From Octopus sinensis (lineage: Eukaryota), in assembly GCF_006345805.1 (NCBI RefSeq), contig NC_043001.1, forward strand, positions 47,802,001-47,866,000: a DNA stretch of 64,000 nt, written 5' to 3'. Of this stretch, positions 1 to 13,122 are shown piece by piece. The translations under genes and the position numbers were made by a program. The first letter of the stretch is position 1, and every line of letters starts with the position of its first letter. Below the pieces are notes generated by a model. The model was not told where the DNA came from. It made no database searches and saw only the letters and a program-made list of their open reading frames with translations.

Positions 1-319
1 AGACCGGGCGTTGTGAGTGCTTATTGAGTGAAAACACCTAAAGCTCCACCAGGCTCCGGCAGGGGATGGTGGTGATCCCTGCTGTACTCTTTCACTACAA
101 CTTTCTCCCACTCTTACTTCCTATTTCTGTTGTACCTGTATTTCAAAGGGCCGGCCTTGTCACTCTCTGTGTCACGCTGAATATCCCCGAGAACTACGTT
201 AAGGGTACACGTGTCTGTGGAGTGCTCAGCCACTTACACGTTAATTTCACGAGCAGGCTGTTCCGTTGATTCGGATCAACCGGAACCCTCGTCGTCGTAA
301 CCGACGGAGTGCTTCCACC
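1..319 (+). mobile_element. tRNA-derived SINE (family H, tail type 1); 5' end cut by the window edge
   Basis: Near-identical by eye to the complete copy at 36089-36463 from agaccgggcgttgt through gacggagtgcttcca. Confidence 0.85.
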
Positions 320-992
320 AGTTTGTAGTATACAAAAGAAACGAAATGGTCACACAGAAACACCTCTCATCAGGTACATCCTCGGGCCAAACAACAACAA
401 AAACAGTATTGCAACAAATTTACAATTTAGTATACTAATTTAACGAGTCCTTTGTTAATAAATTGCTAAGCTACGGAGAGACGAAAGGACTACATTCTAC
501 TCAAGCTAAGAGAAAAACAAAATTCTTTCAGAGTTGTCTTCCGTAGTTGCAGATGAAAACAAAAACGATAAAAAAGGAAGATAATGATATTAGATATCGA
601 CTAATATTGTGTGTTTTTTTGTTGTTGCTTAATTGTATATGTATATATATTTTGGCTACTGTTTAATGCTTTAATCATTAGATACGATTTCACCCACATT
701 AATGTCGCATGTAATAAACATTTATGTTCCGCACGGCCTTTACAAGTTGTTAGTTCATTGCCAGGAACTAAACATAGCATAAATTTAATCAAAACAAGAA
801 AGCACATCTAAAAATATTATTAATCAATGAGCAAACACATGTAATAAGATGCAAATAAGAATCCGGCCTTGCCCAACTGTAATCGATGTTTCTACACGAT
901 GATATATGAAAAGAAACACATACGCACGGTTATAACAAGGATCGGACACATGATACCGGCAATTCCGGCAACATCCGATATGCTGAGTGTAA

Positions 993-1041
<49 letters not shown>

Positions 1042-1274
1042 GTAAACCGGTCCTGTCATGTCTGAACTGTTTAAATCTCATAAACATGGATATACATATA
1101 CACCCGCTGCCCAGTTTAACCACGCCACATAGATCTTGGATGTATTCTAGCGAAGTCCACTCTAATGCCAGCAATCAGACCCGTTCTTAGAGGTGAGGAT
1201 AATTTCTTTCTCTTCTCTAATCAGAGAACACCTGAGAAAGAAAGGGACCATAGCCACTGTCCCACGTCTAAGCA

Positions 1275-1312
<38 letters not shown>

Positions 1313-1324
1313 TAGTTGTATACT

Positions 1325-1460
1325 GTCAACTTAATGCGACAGTCCCATGAAGGGAATCACACTACTGCTATTTAGCCCTAGGAAGCATCAACGTTTCCTG
1401 TCGGCCTTGACACATTTCCTGTGTTATTATGTTTACAAGGGAGAAACAAGCAGCCCCACC
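1325..1460 (+). repeat. Dispersed repeat family D (gttactg..tttagccc module plus core)
   Basis: gcgacagtcccatgaagggaatcacactactgctatttagcccta..cctgtcggccttgacacatttcctgtg resembles 4017-4130 and, in the module only, 15731-15770. Confidence 0.5.
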
Positions 1461-1506
1461 TATCTAAGCGTGCATCCAGAGACTAGTTTCTGAGTCTTGC
1501 CCGTCA

Positions 1507-1565
<59 letters not shown>

Positions 1566-1620
1566 CACATACATACATACATAACATACATATATAAATG
1601 TATGTATGTATGTATGTATG

Positions 1621-1656
<36 letters not shown>

Positions 1657-2301
1657 AATATATATATATATAATATATATATATATATAATATGCACATA
1701 TCGGTGTTATATTATTAATATTATTGATCTCAACCATTGGAACAAGAGCGCACATTTCCTGATTTTCAGGGACGAGTATTTTATTTTATCGATCACATGA
1801 AAGACATAAGGCAAAATGGACGCTAGCATGATTTAAACACGCCTCATAAAAAGCCATGACTAAAAACGGTAAAGCATTTTGTTCAATGCTCTATATATTA
1901 AACATTCATATATTAGTATACAATTATATATAATTGTAATGACGTTGATTGTTTATAGTCGTTGTAATACATAGTGTTGGCTTATATAATTATAATTATG
2001 TCCTCTAGTACGTAATAGCAATAAAACGAAACACAGTAATTTAATATTCGATATAACTCTCAAGAAAACAATTATGCATGCCCTTTGATGTATTCAGTTT
2101 ACTTTAATCCAAATTATGAGCGGGATTAAAAGCAGTGTGTTCGTGGATAGTTAAGGAGAGTACACAGTTGCTGAAAGATGTAGAGCTATTCTTTTTCTTA
2201 TTCGAACATATTACACATGTTGCCTACAATCCATACCTATGCAGTACACATACACACAAATTATGCATTTATACATAGACACTAACATATGTACATACAT
2301 G

Positions 2302-2392
<91 letters not shown>

Positions 2393-2424
2393 ATATATAT
2401 ATATTATATATATATATATATATA

Positions 2425-3060
2425 CTTGCATACGTATGTGTGTGTGCATGAGCGTGAGTGTATGCATGAGCATGTACGTGTGTATGAGCGTGCGCCTGTG
2501 TGTGTGTCTGGATGTATATGTGTCTTTGTGTCCGTGTTTGTCCACACCGTCAACGTTTACACGCCCGTAACGTAGCAGTTCGGCAAATGTGACGACAGAA
2601 TAAATACCAGACTTGATATAAATATATGCACTGGGGTCGATATGTTCAAGTAAACCTTTCAAAGTGATGCGAAAGCGTGGCTGCAATCCAGTGAGTGAGT
2701 GAAATAGGTAAAAGCAACGGAGAAGCCATTGTGTGCGCACAACTATATTTTGTGCATGTAAACATGCAATCATATAAATAAGTCTTGCTCAAAAATTAAT
2801 GAGACCACACCAACCAACAACTAAATCTAGAGTGATTTCCTCTCAAGAGACTCACTAAAGGCATATTATTGACGAGTCACGTTTTCATAGTCCTATGTCA
2901 ATCAGACTAATTGCTGCTCTCATTAATGTGATTGTAATCCAAAATAATATTCAGCGTAGGACTGATATCTTTATATAAACACTCACGCGCGCGCACAAAC
3001 ACACACACACACACACATACAATTTACGTATACATACATATATATACAATATATATATAC

Positions 3061-3092
<32 letters not shown>

Positions 3093-3135
3093 CACAATAT
3101 TTATATACACTATACATACATATTTATATACATAC

Positions 3136-3187
<52 letters not shown>

Positions 3188-3790
3188 CTTGCATACGTAT
3201 GTGTGTGTGCATGAGCGTGAGTGTATGCATGAGCATGTACGTGTGTATGAGCGTGCGCCTGTGTGGGTGTCTGGATGTATATGTGTCTTTGTGTCCGTGT
3301 TTGTCCACACCGTCAACGTTTACACGCCCGTAACGTAGCAGTTCGGCAAATGTGACGACAGAATAAATACCAGACTTGATATAAATATATGCACTGGGGT
3401 CGATATGTTCAAGTAAACCTTTCAAAGTGATGCGAAAGCGTGGCTGCAATCCAGTGAGTGAGTGAAATAGGTAAAAGCAACGGAGAAGCCATTGTGTGCG
3501 CACAACTATATTTTGTGCATGTAAACATGCAATCATATAAATAAGTCTTGCTCAAAAATTAATGAGACCACACCAACCAACAACTAATCTAGAGTGATTT
3601 CCTCTCAAGAGACTCACTAAAGGCATATTATTGACGAGTCACGTTTTCATAGTCCTATGTCAATCAGACTAATTGCTGCTCTCATTAATGTTGATTGTAA
3701 TCCAAAATAATATTCAGCGTAGGACTGATATCTTTATATAAACACTCACGCGCGCGCACAAACACACACACACACACATACAATTTACGT

Positions 3791-3800
<10 letters not shown>
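2425..3800. repeat. Tandem duplication, period 763 bp, bounded by (TA)n; each unit carries an old SINE 3' half
   Basis: cttgcatacgtatg starts at 2425 and 3188. The identical ORFs start at 2773 and 3536 (offset 763). Only a few single-base differences are visible. Confidence 0.9.
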
Positions 3801-3853
<53 letters not shown>

Positions 3854-4016
3854 CACAATATTTATATACACATATACATACATATTTATATACATACATA
3901 TATATATACATATATTTATATACATGCATAAATATATAGAAATATTATTTCTAAATCTCTCAAAGAGAGACATTCAGTAATAGTTGTTTAAAGTAAAGGT
4001 TATTTGTGAACATAAT

Positions 4017-4177
4017 GTGGCTGTCCTGTGAGGGACGCTGTTACTGTTGTTTTAGTCCCAAGAAATATCGTTTCTGGCTGGCTATACGATGCACTATCTG
4101 TGTCCTTATATTTTCGAACAGGGAGCTCAGCATTGGGACTAAAACAACAGTAACATCGTCCTCCACAGCACTGCCAC
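4017..4177. repeat. Hairpin: 44 bp inverted arms (4017-4060 and 4134-4177) around a 73 bp family D core
   Basis: tgttactgttgttttagtccca and tgggactaaaacaacagtaaca are a perfect 22 bp inverted pair; about 5 mismatches over 44 bp. Confidence 0.85.
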
Positions 4178-4199
4178 TTTAAGTTGGTAAATAACCTAT

Positions 4200-5770
4200 A
4201 GATATCCTTACCAAAGCACAAAGAATCCGCCGGCATAAGAAACGCCAACGTTTCTTTGAACAAAACAAACAGTTCAACGCCAACCCCAAAAGATTCTACC
4301 AAGAACTTGGCAAAAATAAAATAGACATCAATTAAGCACCAACAGCAGAGGAAGTGGAAGAATTTTGGAAAGAAATATGGTCAGCAAAGGAACAACCTCA
4401 GAAAGGTCTATCAAAACAACGAACTCAGCACCCAACAACTCTGGCCCCCTATAACAACTGCAGAGGTCATCTAAGCACTGCAAAAACTAAGCAGCTGGAA
4501 GGCATCCGGGCACGATAATATCCCCAACTTCTGGTTAAATTATCTGACAGGAACACATAAAAAGCTATCTGAGAAATTTGATGACATACTAGCAGAGCCA
4601 GAGACAATGCCTGAATGGCTCACGGAAGGGAAAACTATCCTAATTCCCAAATCCATTGAAACGGCAAACCCACAAAATTAGAAAGCAATAACTTGTCTCC
4701 CTACTATTTACAAAGCCTTGACTGCAATAATATCGCAGAAATGAGCAAGCATCTGGAAGAAAACAATCTGTTTTCAGAAGAGCAGAAGGGATGCTGCAAA
4801 GGCTCATACAGCTGTAAAGATAAACTAATGATCAATAACACCATAACTGAAGACAGCTGCAGAAAGGAGAAGGGTCTAAGTTTGGCCTGGATCGATTACC
4901 GAAAGGTTTTTGATAGTATTTCCCTTACATGGATCCTAGAAACACTAGCCATGAACGAGGTAGCAACAGTAATCAAAAAATATATAACACATTCAACGAA
5001 TAAATGGCAGACAGTGCTAAAGCTCCAAAAACCAAATCCATCTCCATTAGAAGAGGAATATTCCAGGGAGAAACGCTCTCTCCAATCCTTTTCTGCTTGG
5101 CACTGACACCTTTATCTGACATGCTAAACAGAACTGGATGCGGATAAAACTGTTACGGCAAAACAATCAGTCACCTCTTATATATGGATGACCTAAAACT
5201 GTGCGCTACAAATGATAAGCAGCTGCAAACATTGCTGTAGACAGTACACGGATTTACCAAAGAAATAATTATGAAATTTGGCTTAGAAAAAATTGCCAAA
5301 GCAACCTTGAAAAGAGGAAAACTAGTTAAGAGTAGCAACATTACACTAGATAAAGCAAATGAGATAAGAGAATTAGACCAAAACCAGACATACAAATATT
5401 TAAGAATCAATGAACTAGATACGATGCAACACACACAAATGAAAGAGAAATTAAAAAAGAATACTATAGACGGGTTACATTCATACTAAAAACAGAGCTC
5501 AATCCGAAAAACAAGATAATAGGTATTGATACTTTAGCCGTCCCAGTTTAAGTTATAGCTACAATATTCTTAACTGGACACTAGATGAACTAATCAAAAT
5601 AGACAGAAAAACAAGAAAAATAATGATAGGATTTAGGAAGCACCACCCTAAATCTGACAACAGAAAGGTTATATATACAACGTATAGGTGGTAGATACCT
5701 TATACAGCTGGAAAACTATTACAAAATAACCACCATAGGACTACAAAAAACCTACTTCAGAAGCAAAAAT
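4200..5770 (+). pseudogene. Decayed R4/Dong-type non-LTR retrotransposon RT region
   Basis: Frame-broken motifs: QNKQFNANPKRFYQEL, EEFWKEIW, WLTEGKTILIPK, EEQKGC, AWIDYRKVFDS, HLLYMDDLKL, MKFGLEK..ATLKRGKL, YKYL.IN. Confidence 0.9.
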
Positions 5771-6055
5771 AAGTTCCATACCGAGGCACAAGTTCGGGCA
5801 AGGTTGTTTATGGAAGACTAGCAGTCGCCCACGCATAACAGCCTCTCGTTTCCAAGCTAGTGATGTTATCCAAGGAAAAGGCAAAATTCGATAATAGCTT
5901 GGCACCAGTGACGTCGCAACTCATTTCTATAGCTGAGTGGACTTGGACTAGAGCAACTTAAATAAAATGTCTTTATTAAAAACACAACAGTTCAGTCCAA
6001 ACTCGCTACCTCATGATTATGAGCCCGACGCTCTGACCACCGAGCCATAAACCAC
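5770..6055 (-). mobile_element. Old tRNA-derived SINE (family E)
   Basis: Similar to 31510-31813; the minus strand starts with tggctcggtggtcagagcgtcgggctc (A-box-like). Confidence 0.65.
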
Positions 6056-6084
6056 TCCCTCAACAAAAACAAGCATATATATAT

Positions 6085-6127
<43 letters not shown>

Positions 6128-6377
6128 TATTAATCAATATAGGGTGGTGAAAAAAATTTTGTAGAATTCTTTTTGCCACCAGCGGCCTAGTGGGAAAAAA
6201 TTAAATAGTCGTAGACTATTAAACAGCAGACGAAACGGTGCATCGTACAAGAAATTACAGGGTAAATGTTTTTTTTAATTTTCTCCTGTTTACGGAATTG
6301 ATCTTTATTTGCGGTTGAAGCTTTGGCTGTTATTTCTAGTGGGTGAATGGCCTATTATGGCCGTTCCTTGATTGTTG

Positions 6378-6439
<62 letters not shown>

Positions 6440-6441
<2 letters not shown>

Positions 6442-6750
6442 AGGCGTAATGGCCCAATGGTTAGGGCAACGGACTCGCAGTTGTAGGATCGCTGTTTCGA
6501 TTCCCAAGCCGGCATTGTGAGTGTTTATTGAGCGAAAATACCTAAAGCTCCACGACGCTCCGGCAGGGGCTGGTGGCGATCCCTGCCGTACTCTTTCGCC
6601 ACAACTTTCTCTCACTCTTTCTTCTGTTGACCTGCTCACTTAGCCAGTGGGGTGGCGTAATTTGAAGGCTAGAACAATGCGAAGCGCATTGTGACCAGCG
6701 CTGCGTAGCAACATCTGATGGCCTGGTCGGTCACGGTGATCACGGTGATA
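6440..6750 (+). mobile_element. tRNA-derived SINE (family H head and body, alternative tail type 2)
   Basis: A box tggcccaatgg and B-box-like tgtttcgattccc. The body matches 36091-36260, then diverges into a tail ending cacggtgatcacggtgat. Confidence 0.8.
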
Positions 6751-6866
6751 TATATATATATATATAAATTCAGATGCATATATATAAAGCTGTGTGTATG
6801 TGTGTGTATGATGTGTATGGTATGTATATATATATATATGAGTATGTATATATATATATGAATATA

Positions 6867-7316
6867 TGAATAGAGTTTTAGGTAAATAAGAAGACTATCG
6901 CTTATATATATATACACATATATACACATACATACATACACATACATACACACACATACACATACATACACACACATATATATATACATACACACATATA
7001 TACAAATACACATACACATACATGCCAAAACGCAAACACACGCACACATATATCTACACATATATAAATAAGTATACACACCCATACAACACACATGGGT
7101 GTATGGGTGTGTATACTTATTTATATATGTAGATATATGTGTGCGTGTGTTTGCGTTTTGGCATGTATGTGTATGTGTATTTGTATATATGTGTGTATGT
7201 ATATATATATGTGTGTGTATGTATGTGTATGTGTGTGTATGTATGTGTATGTATGTGTGTGTATATATGTGTATATATATATAAGCGATAGTCTTATTTA
7301 CCTAAAACTCTATTCA
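6867..7316. repeat. Fold-back palindrome, arms about 220 bp, 11 nt spacer (7089-7099)
   Basis: tgaatagagttttaggtaaataag..gactatcgctt mirrors aagcgatagtcttatttacctaaaactctattca. The opposite-strand ORFs 6669..7094 and 7095..7433 translate almost identically. Confidence 0.9.
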
Positions 7317-7477
7317 ATTATTCTATTTATTCATTTATTTACTTTTTCACTGATTCTTTTGACCACTCCCCTAAGAAAGACAGTTTGTGCCCTGCTTACC
7401 CCAAAAAATGTCCCCCCACCACCACCCCATTAAACCTGCCTAAATGTATAAATGCCAAAACTTATCTTGACAGCAAG

Positions 7478-7524
7478 CTTCCTGATGATTTCATTTGAAT
7501 GAAACAGTTCTAGTCCTGTAGAAG
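7478..7524 (+). ncRNA. Type I hammerhead ribozyme motif, intact core
   Basis: Stem I cttc/gaag; CTGATGA 7482-7488; stem II t-ttc(attt)gaa-t; GAAA 7501-7504; stem III a-cag/ctg-t with loop ttctagtc; GUA cleavage triplet ending at 7520. Confidence 0.7.
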
Positions 7525-7613
7525 GTCCTTCTATAAAATAAAATAAATTAATTTACTCTGCTATGTATTGAGTACCTTATTTACTGTGGTTAACCCCGAC
7601 TCAACCCGGGACC

Positions 7614-7658
<45 letters not shown>

Positions 7659-8601
7659 ATACATACCTAATTAAGCAAAAATTCGATTATCCGTCTATAT
7701 TTAAGATATCATGTTCTATCTATAATAACGTTAATAAGAAACATTTGCCACACACCTCCATACGAAGCATTTTGAAAGAATCAACCCGCTGTTAAAAGTT
7801 GTTTTACCAACAATGCGTCCCTGATTGTGTTCCAAGCATAGATTCATTCAACCTGTCACATATGTGAATACCATTACAATATATTATTCACAATTACCAA
7901 AATATTTTGATTTCAAAATTAATTTCACATTATATTGGAATTTTATATTGAATTTATGAAGAAAGTATTTAAAAATATGAACACGAACGCATAATGATTG
8001 CTTGAACAATTTGTTCAGAACATGTAAAGTAATTGGTAGTACTGTAGCAGCTATTGTATGATGTAATAAACAATTATCAATAACGTAATAAATTTCATTG
8101 CGAAATAGAAGTTTGTATAATTCCACCTAACTGGCTCTTCACGATTTATGTTTTACTTTTATGAAGCACATCGGTGTATTATTGTATCAAGTCATTTAAT
8201 TCTATTGTAATTGCAGTGTTTCCAATGATTTATTTTTCCAAGATTGAGCATTCATAACACAATAACATTCGAAGTGCTTAAGAATATGACAAGGCAGATT
8301 CCATTTATTTTGAAAATTTTCCTTGAAAATACACTTACAGTGTCAGTGCTAAATGGTGCATTGTAAACAGTCATTGCGTAGACTGAGAATAACTTGCAAT
8401 CCAGATTCATCATCAGCGGCATCTCTAAGTGTTACTACTTTACATTATAATTCTCATACCTCTGTAGGAATTTCTTTAATAAAATATACGTTCTCCATCG
8501 AGTGTTAGCAGACTGGGCCCCTGGTTCCCTAATTCCCAAATTTTAGATCGCTACATAGCGCAGACTAGTTTGATTTGAATGAAGTATTTTATCGTTATCA
8601 G

Positions 8602-8992
8602 TTATCTTTTACTTGTTTCAGCCATTAGACTGCGGCCATGCTGGAGCACTGCCTTGAAGCATTGTGATTGAACTAATCGACCCCAGTACTTTTTTTCTGA
8701 GCGAGGTACTTATTGCATCGGCCGCTTTTATTGAACCACTAGATTACAGGGACGTAAACAAACTATCACCGTTTGTCAAGTGGAAGTGGAGGACAAACAC
8801 AGACACACAAAGGCACACACACACACACACACACACAGACTCATATATAGGATAGGCTTCTTTCAGTTTCTGTCTACCTAATCCAGACACAAGGCTTTGG
8901 TCGACACAAGGACATAGTAGAAGACACTTGCCCAAGCTGTCACTCGGAACGATACAGTCGAGATGAGAACTTCTTACCATACAGCCACGTCT
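8602..8992 (-). mobile_element. Octopus-type SINE family A with internal (CA)n
   Basis: Reverse complement of the 22798-23220 type: gactgcggccatgctggagcac, atcgaccccagtact, aaggctttggtcg, gacacttgcccaag. Confidence 0.85.
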
Positions 8993-9564
8993 GCACTTGT
9001 AAGGGGCAAATTTTTCTAATCTTTTGAACATAAAAAAAAGCTTGACTTAGAAAACTTAGACAACGTTTTTAATTAATCTAATAATCAATAAACTTTACTG
9101 ATTGAACAGTATATCGTTTATTTGTTTCTAAATTGATGATTATGTGACTGTATGGAGTCGGTCTGGTCTTACCTTTATCCAGAGTGATTAGTATAAGTAC
9201 AATTTAAAGTTCAGTCTTGTATGAATTCAGCCGACTATATCGCTTCCGTTACAAATTAGTGGACCTGTGCCAAAGCTTGAAATATACATTGCTAAACACT
9301 CATAACAAGGATGTACTTCCATAACAATAAAGCATAAGGAAATGAGAGACATATACAGATAACCAGTACATGTATATCCTGTGGTCGTTGTTAGTTATTA
9401 TTTGTCTATTATGTCCCTCTAGGGACTGAAAGTGTTAGACAAACGGATGGAGATATATATAGATAGAAAGATAGATAGACAGGTATGTGGTAGGTAGGTA
9501 GGTAAGCAGGTAGGTAGATAGGTAGGTAAACAGACGGATAGAAAACTGATGCACAGATATATAT

Positions 9565-9638
<74 letters not shown>

Positions 9639-9669
9639 GAGATAGATAATATAGATAATAGATAAATAG

Positions 9670-12600
9670 ATGATGATTTCTTTATTGGCCACACAGGGCT
9701 GCACACAGATGGGACAAGTTACAAGGTAGAGCTTTTCTTTTGGGGGATGAAAAAAAACAAAAACAAAAGACAAAAGAAACAAAAAAAGGTGGCGTAGGTT
9801 TTCGATCAAAAGGGATCGTAAAAGGGGAAAAAGAACAAAAAATAAAAGAAAAAAGGAAAAGGAACAAAAGAAAAGACAAATGAAAAAAAGAAGAAAAAAG
9901 GGGAAAAAGGGGAAGAGAAAAAAACGATCAATAGGGATCGTGTATCACAGTGTTATGATGTATGGTGTAAAGGGGAAAGCAAGTAAGGTTTATCCGTGGG
10001 AAGAAAAGCCTACGAAAAAGACCATGTAACCTTGGTCAATATTGTTATATGTTACCACATTTGTTTGCAAGTGGGTAACCCTCTGTTTTCAATTTCTGGG
10101 TTCATAGGATCATGCTCAAGGTGGCTTCGTCATTCATACGTGCCATCCTTGCTACATTCACCCATCTTTTTTTAAAACATTCGCTAGCCAAAACTTGCCT
10201 CTCTACTCTCACTTTCCTTTTCAAGTGGTACTTGAAGAAGTTGATGAGAGATTGACCAGAGAGGAAAGTGTTTGTCTCCAATCCTTTCAGACGCGTCCAC
10301 CAGATACATTCTTTCGCCATAGCCACAAGGATGATGAAAATAGGTCTTCCTTCCCGTTTGAAGGAAGGAGGCGTGACAATATTGACGATAGACTCAGCTG
10401 ATAAACCGACTCGTCCCACACGTGACAGCAGTTGTTCGACATAAGCCCACAGGTCGGAAATTATTGGACACTGCACGAGTGCGTGCAGAACGGTTTCGTC
10501 GCTCTGACCGCATCTCGGGCAGGTCGGCCCCGTGTTTCTCGAGCCGTGTCTGTAGAGATTATCCCGAACGGGTAGCGCTTCTCGGTAGCACTGCCAGGCC
10601 AGGGATTTCTGGAAGTTGTCCATGGGCCCTGGCCCGAAAGTCGTCCCGAACAGGCGGGTCAGGTACTCCTCGTCGACGTTCAGGTTCGCCCCGAGCTCGT
10701 CGTCGTACCTCCCCTCCACTAATACCCTATAGAATGCTTTGGTTGTGATGAAGTCACTCAAAGTCGACCCAGGACGGCAGCGTTGTTTGAGAGCAACGCG
10801 ACACTCGCGGTGCAATTCGCCCTTCCTCGGCCTCTTTTTGATCCACGACTGCAGTTCGGTCATGGAGACGAGCTGCAGGAAAGCGTGCCTCACAAACGGC
10901 GATCACACCTGTTCACCGTCGTCTACGAAGAGTCTGAGATGTCGCAGTCTCAACGCGTGTCTGCGCATCATCAACCACGGCATGCCCAGTCCTCCTTTTA
11001 ACGGGTGTTGACAGCAAATGGATCGCCTGACCATCGGGACGCATCCTTTCCACAAGAAGCGGAAGAGAATGCGTTCTAGTTTTGTGATGGTAGGGTGGGA
11101 ACAAGGCACGTAGTAGATGACGGACGCGATGTACGTGTTCGCCACCTAGCCCGACCTTTTAGGGACAGTTTCCTCTCGGCCCATTGCCGGGCGAGAGTGA
11201 CCACCCTACTCGTTATCTCGTTCCAGTTCTTCTCCACTTGGAGGTCCGGACCGAACCAGACCCCGAGCAACTCAACCGGGCCGTCGGTCCAGCGTCCCAC
11301 GACGGAGGCGCTGGTGGACGGCATGGGCTTGCTTCTCCAGGTGCCTAGTCGCAAGCTCACGGACTTTTCCCGGTTGATTTTCGCTCCTGTCACCGCTTCG
11401 TAGTTTTTCAGTGTCTCGCCGACCTGCTCGATGTGCTCGTGGCTAGACACTATGACGGTGACGTCGTCCGCGTATGCAGACACGCTCGTCCTGCATCCCA
11501 GTTCTCGCGGGATGCCCCTAAAAGTTGCCAGCTTCCGCATTAATGGCCCGAGAGTCAATACGTATAGAAGCGACGAGAGGGGGCATCCCTGACGGACCGA
11601 ACGTGCGATGTCGAAAGGTCTCGATAGATATCCATTTACGCGAATTACCGAACGGATGCCTCTGTACAAAGCGGCTATCCAGCCGCGGAAGACGGGACCG
11701 AAGCTAGCCGCTCAGAGGACTGCCTCCAAGTATCGATGGTCCACCCTATCGAAAGCTTTCGATTGATCCAAATTGATCAGTGCCCCACCCATGCCAGGTT
11801 CGTTAACTACCCTGTCTATGATGTAGCGCATCAGGTGGAGGTTGTCATGGATGGTCCGGCCCGGCACGGCGCATGTTTGCGCCTTGTCGACCAGTTTCTC
11901 GATGACAAGCGCCAACCTCTTGGCTAGCACCTTGGCCAAAATTTTCAAGTCTGCATTAAGCAGAGTGATGGGCCTAAAGTTACATTTCCCTTGTTTAGAT
12001 CTTTCTTCAGCAGTGTTACGGCTCCTCGGCTCACAAAACCAGGAATGCTCCCGTTTTGCTGCCAGTTGCAGTACACCGCTGCCAAGACATCTCCAAACAA
12101 GTCTGGCATACAATTGTAAAGCTCGTAGGGTAGACCATCCAAACCCGTTGATTTGTCCCCCGAGCATTCTGTCATCGCGTCCTGCACTTCCGCCGCCGTG
12201 ATGGCACCTTCGCAGTACCCTGCCTCTCTTGTCGAGAGTCGTGGTAGGCTGTGTAGGTAGGCACTGAAGTCCACCCTACGTTCTTGCCCGCCACTCGTCC
12301 CGAGCAGTCGGGCAAAATGCTGTTGAAAGGCCTCACACATTTTACTTGGCTCGAGCAATTCGCGCCCCTGTTCATCTACTAGAGACTGAATGGTGGCTTT
12401 GTTGCCCTGTTGCGCCTCTGCCACCCGGTCCTCTCGCGGTTCCAACACCTTCGTTCCTTAGAGCACGCATCCTAGCTCTGGCAGCACACCCTTCGTGTTT
12501 GACGTTGAAGTGTTGGTTGAGGGTCAACCTCGCCGCCAAAACGTCGGATGCGATGCCGCTTCTAATTGCCTCTTCTAGCTTCTTAACTAGCTCACCCTCC

Positions 12601-13027
12601 ACTCTACTTCTATCTATGGCTAGTGCTTTGCTGTACCTAATCGCTTCTGCTTTTAACTGCTCTCTTGAGGGCAAACCACCATTTGTTGTTGATGATGGCT
12701 ATGTGGAATTGTGGACATCCTATGCTATCTCTATCTACTGTCCTACACAGTATCCTATCTAGATACGATCTCGACGACCCGATGCGGTTGCTCCATGTCC
12801 ATGTTGGCGCATTCGGGTGGTCCAGTCGGAACCTGTCAGACAGTTGAAAGCGTCTGAGCAGGTCTCTGAGGCATTTGCATCCCCGTCTATTCCTATCTCT
12901 ACCCACGTAGTCTACATGCGTGTCCAAGGTAGCATTCCAATCCCCCACTAAGAGTAAAGGACGAGACGTTCCCAAGAATACGTCTCGTCCTTTACTCTTA
13001 GTGGGGGATTGGAATGCTACCTTGGAC

Positions 13028-13028
<1 letters not shown>
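9670..13028 (-). mobile_element. 5'-truncated Tx1/L1-clade LINE (APE endonuclease tail, RT, C-terminal zinc finger, 3' UTR with AATAAA)
   Basis: EN: [30 protein letters not shown]: FRPITLLNADLKILAK, NLDQSKAFDRVDH, SVRQGCPLSSLLYVL, SAYADDVTV. Zinc finger: CPRCGQSDETVLHALVQC. Stop at 10102; minus-strand aataaa at 9681-9686. Several frameshifts and an internal deletion near 12700. Confidence 0.95.
12921..13028. repeat. Perfect 49 bp inverted duplication (10 nt spacer) at the 5' truncation point of the Tx1 LINE
   Basis: tgtccaaggtagcattccaatcccccactaagagtaaaggacgagacgt (12921-12969) versus its exact reverse complement (12980-13028). Confidence 0.95.
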
Positions 13029-13067
<39 letters not shown>

Positions 13068-13122
13068 GGACAGGTAGATAAATAGGTAGATAGATAAATA
13101 GGTAGGTAGGTAGGTAGGTAGG

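Noticed and set aside
8337-8420. Possible minus-strand exon ending at a GTAAGT donor (MPLMMNLDCKLFSVYAMTVYNAPFSTDT)
   Set aside because: Weak acceptor, no recognisable protein and no partner exons.
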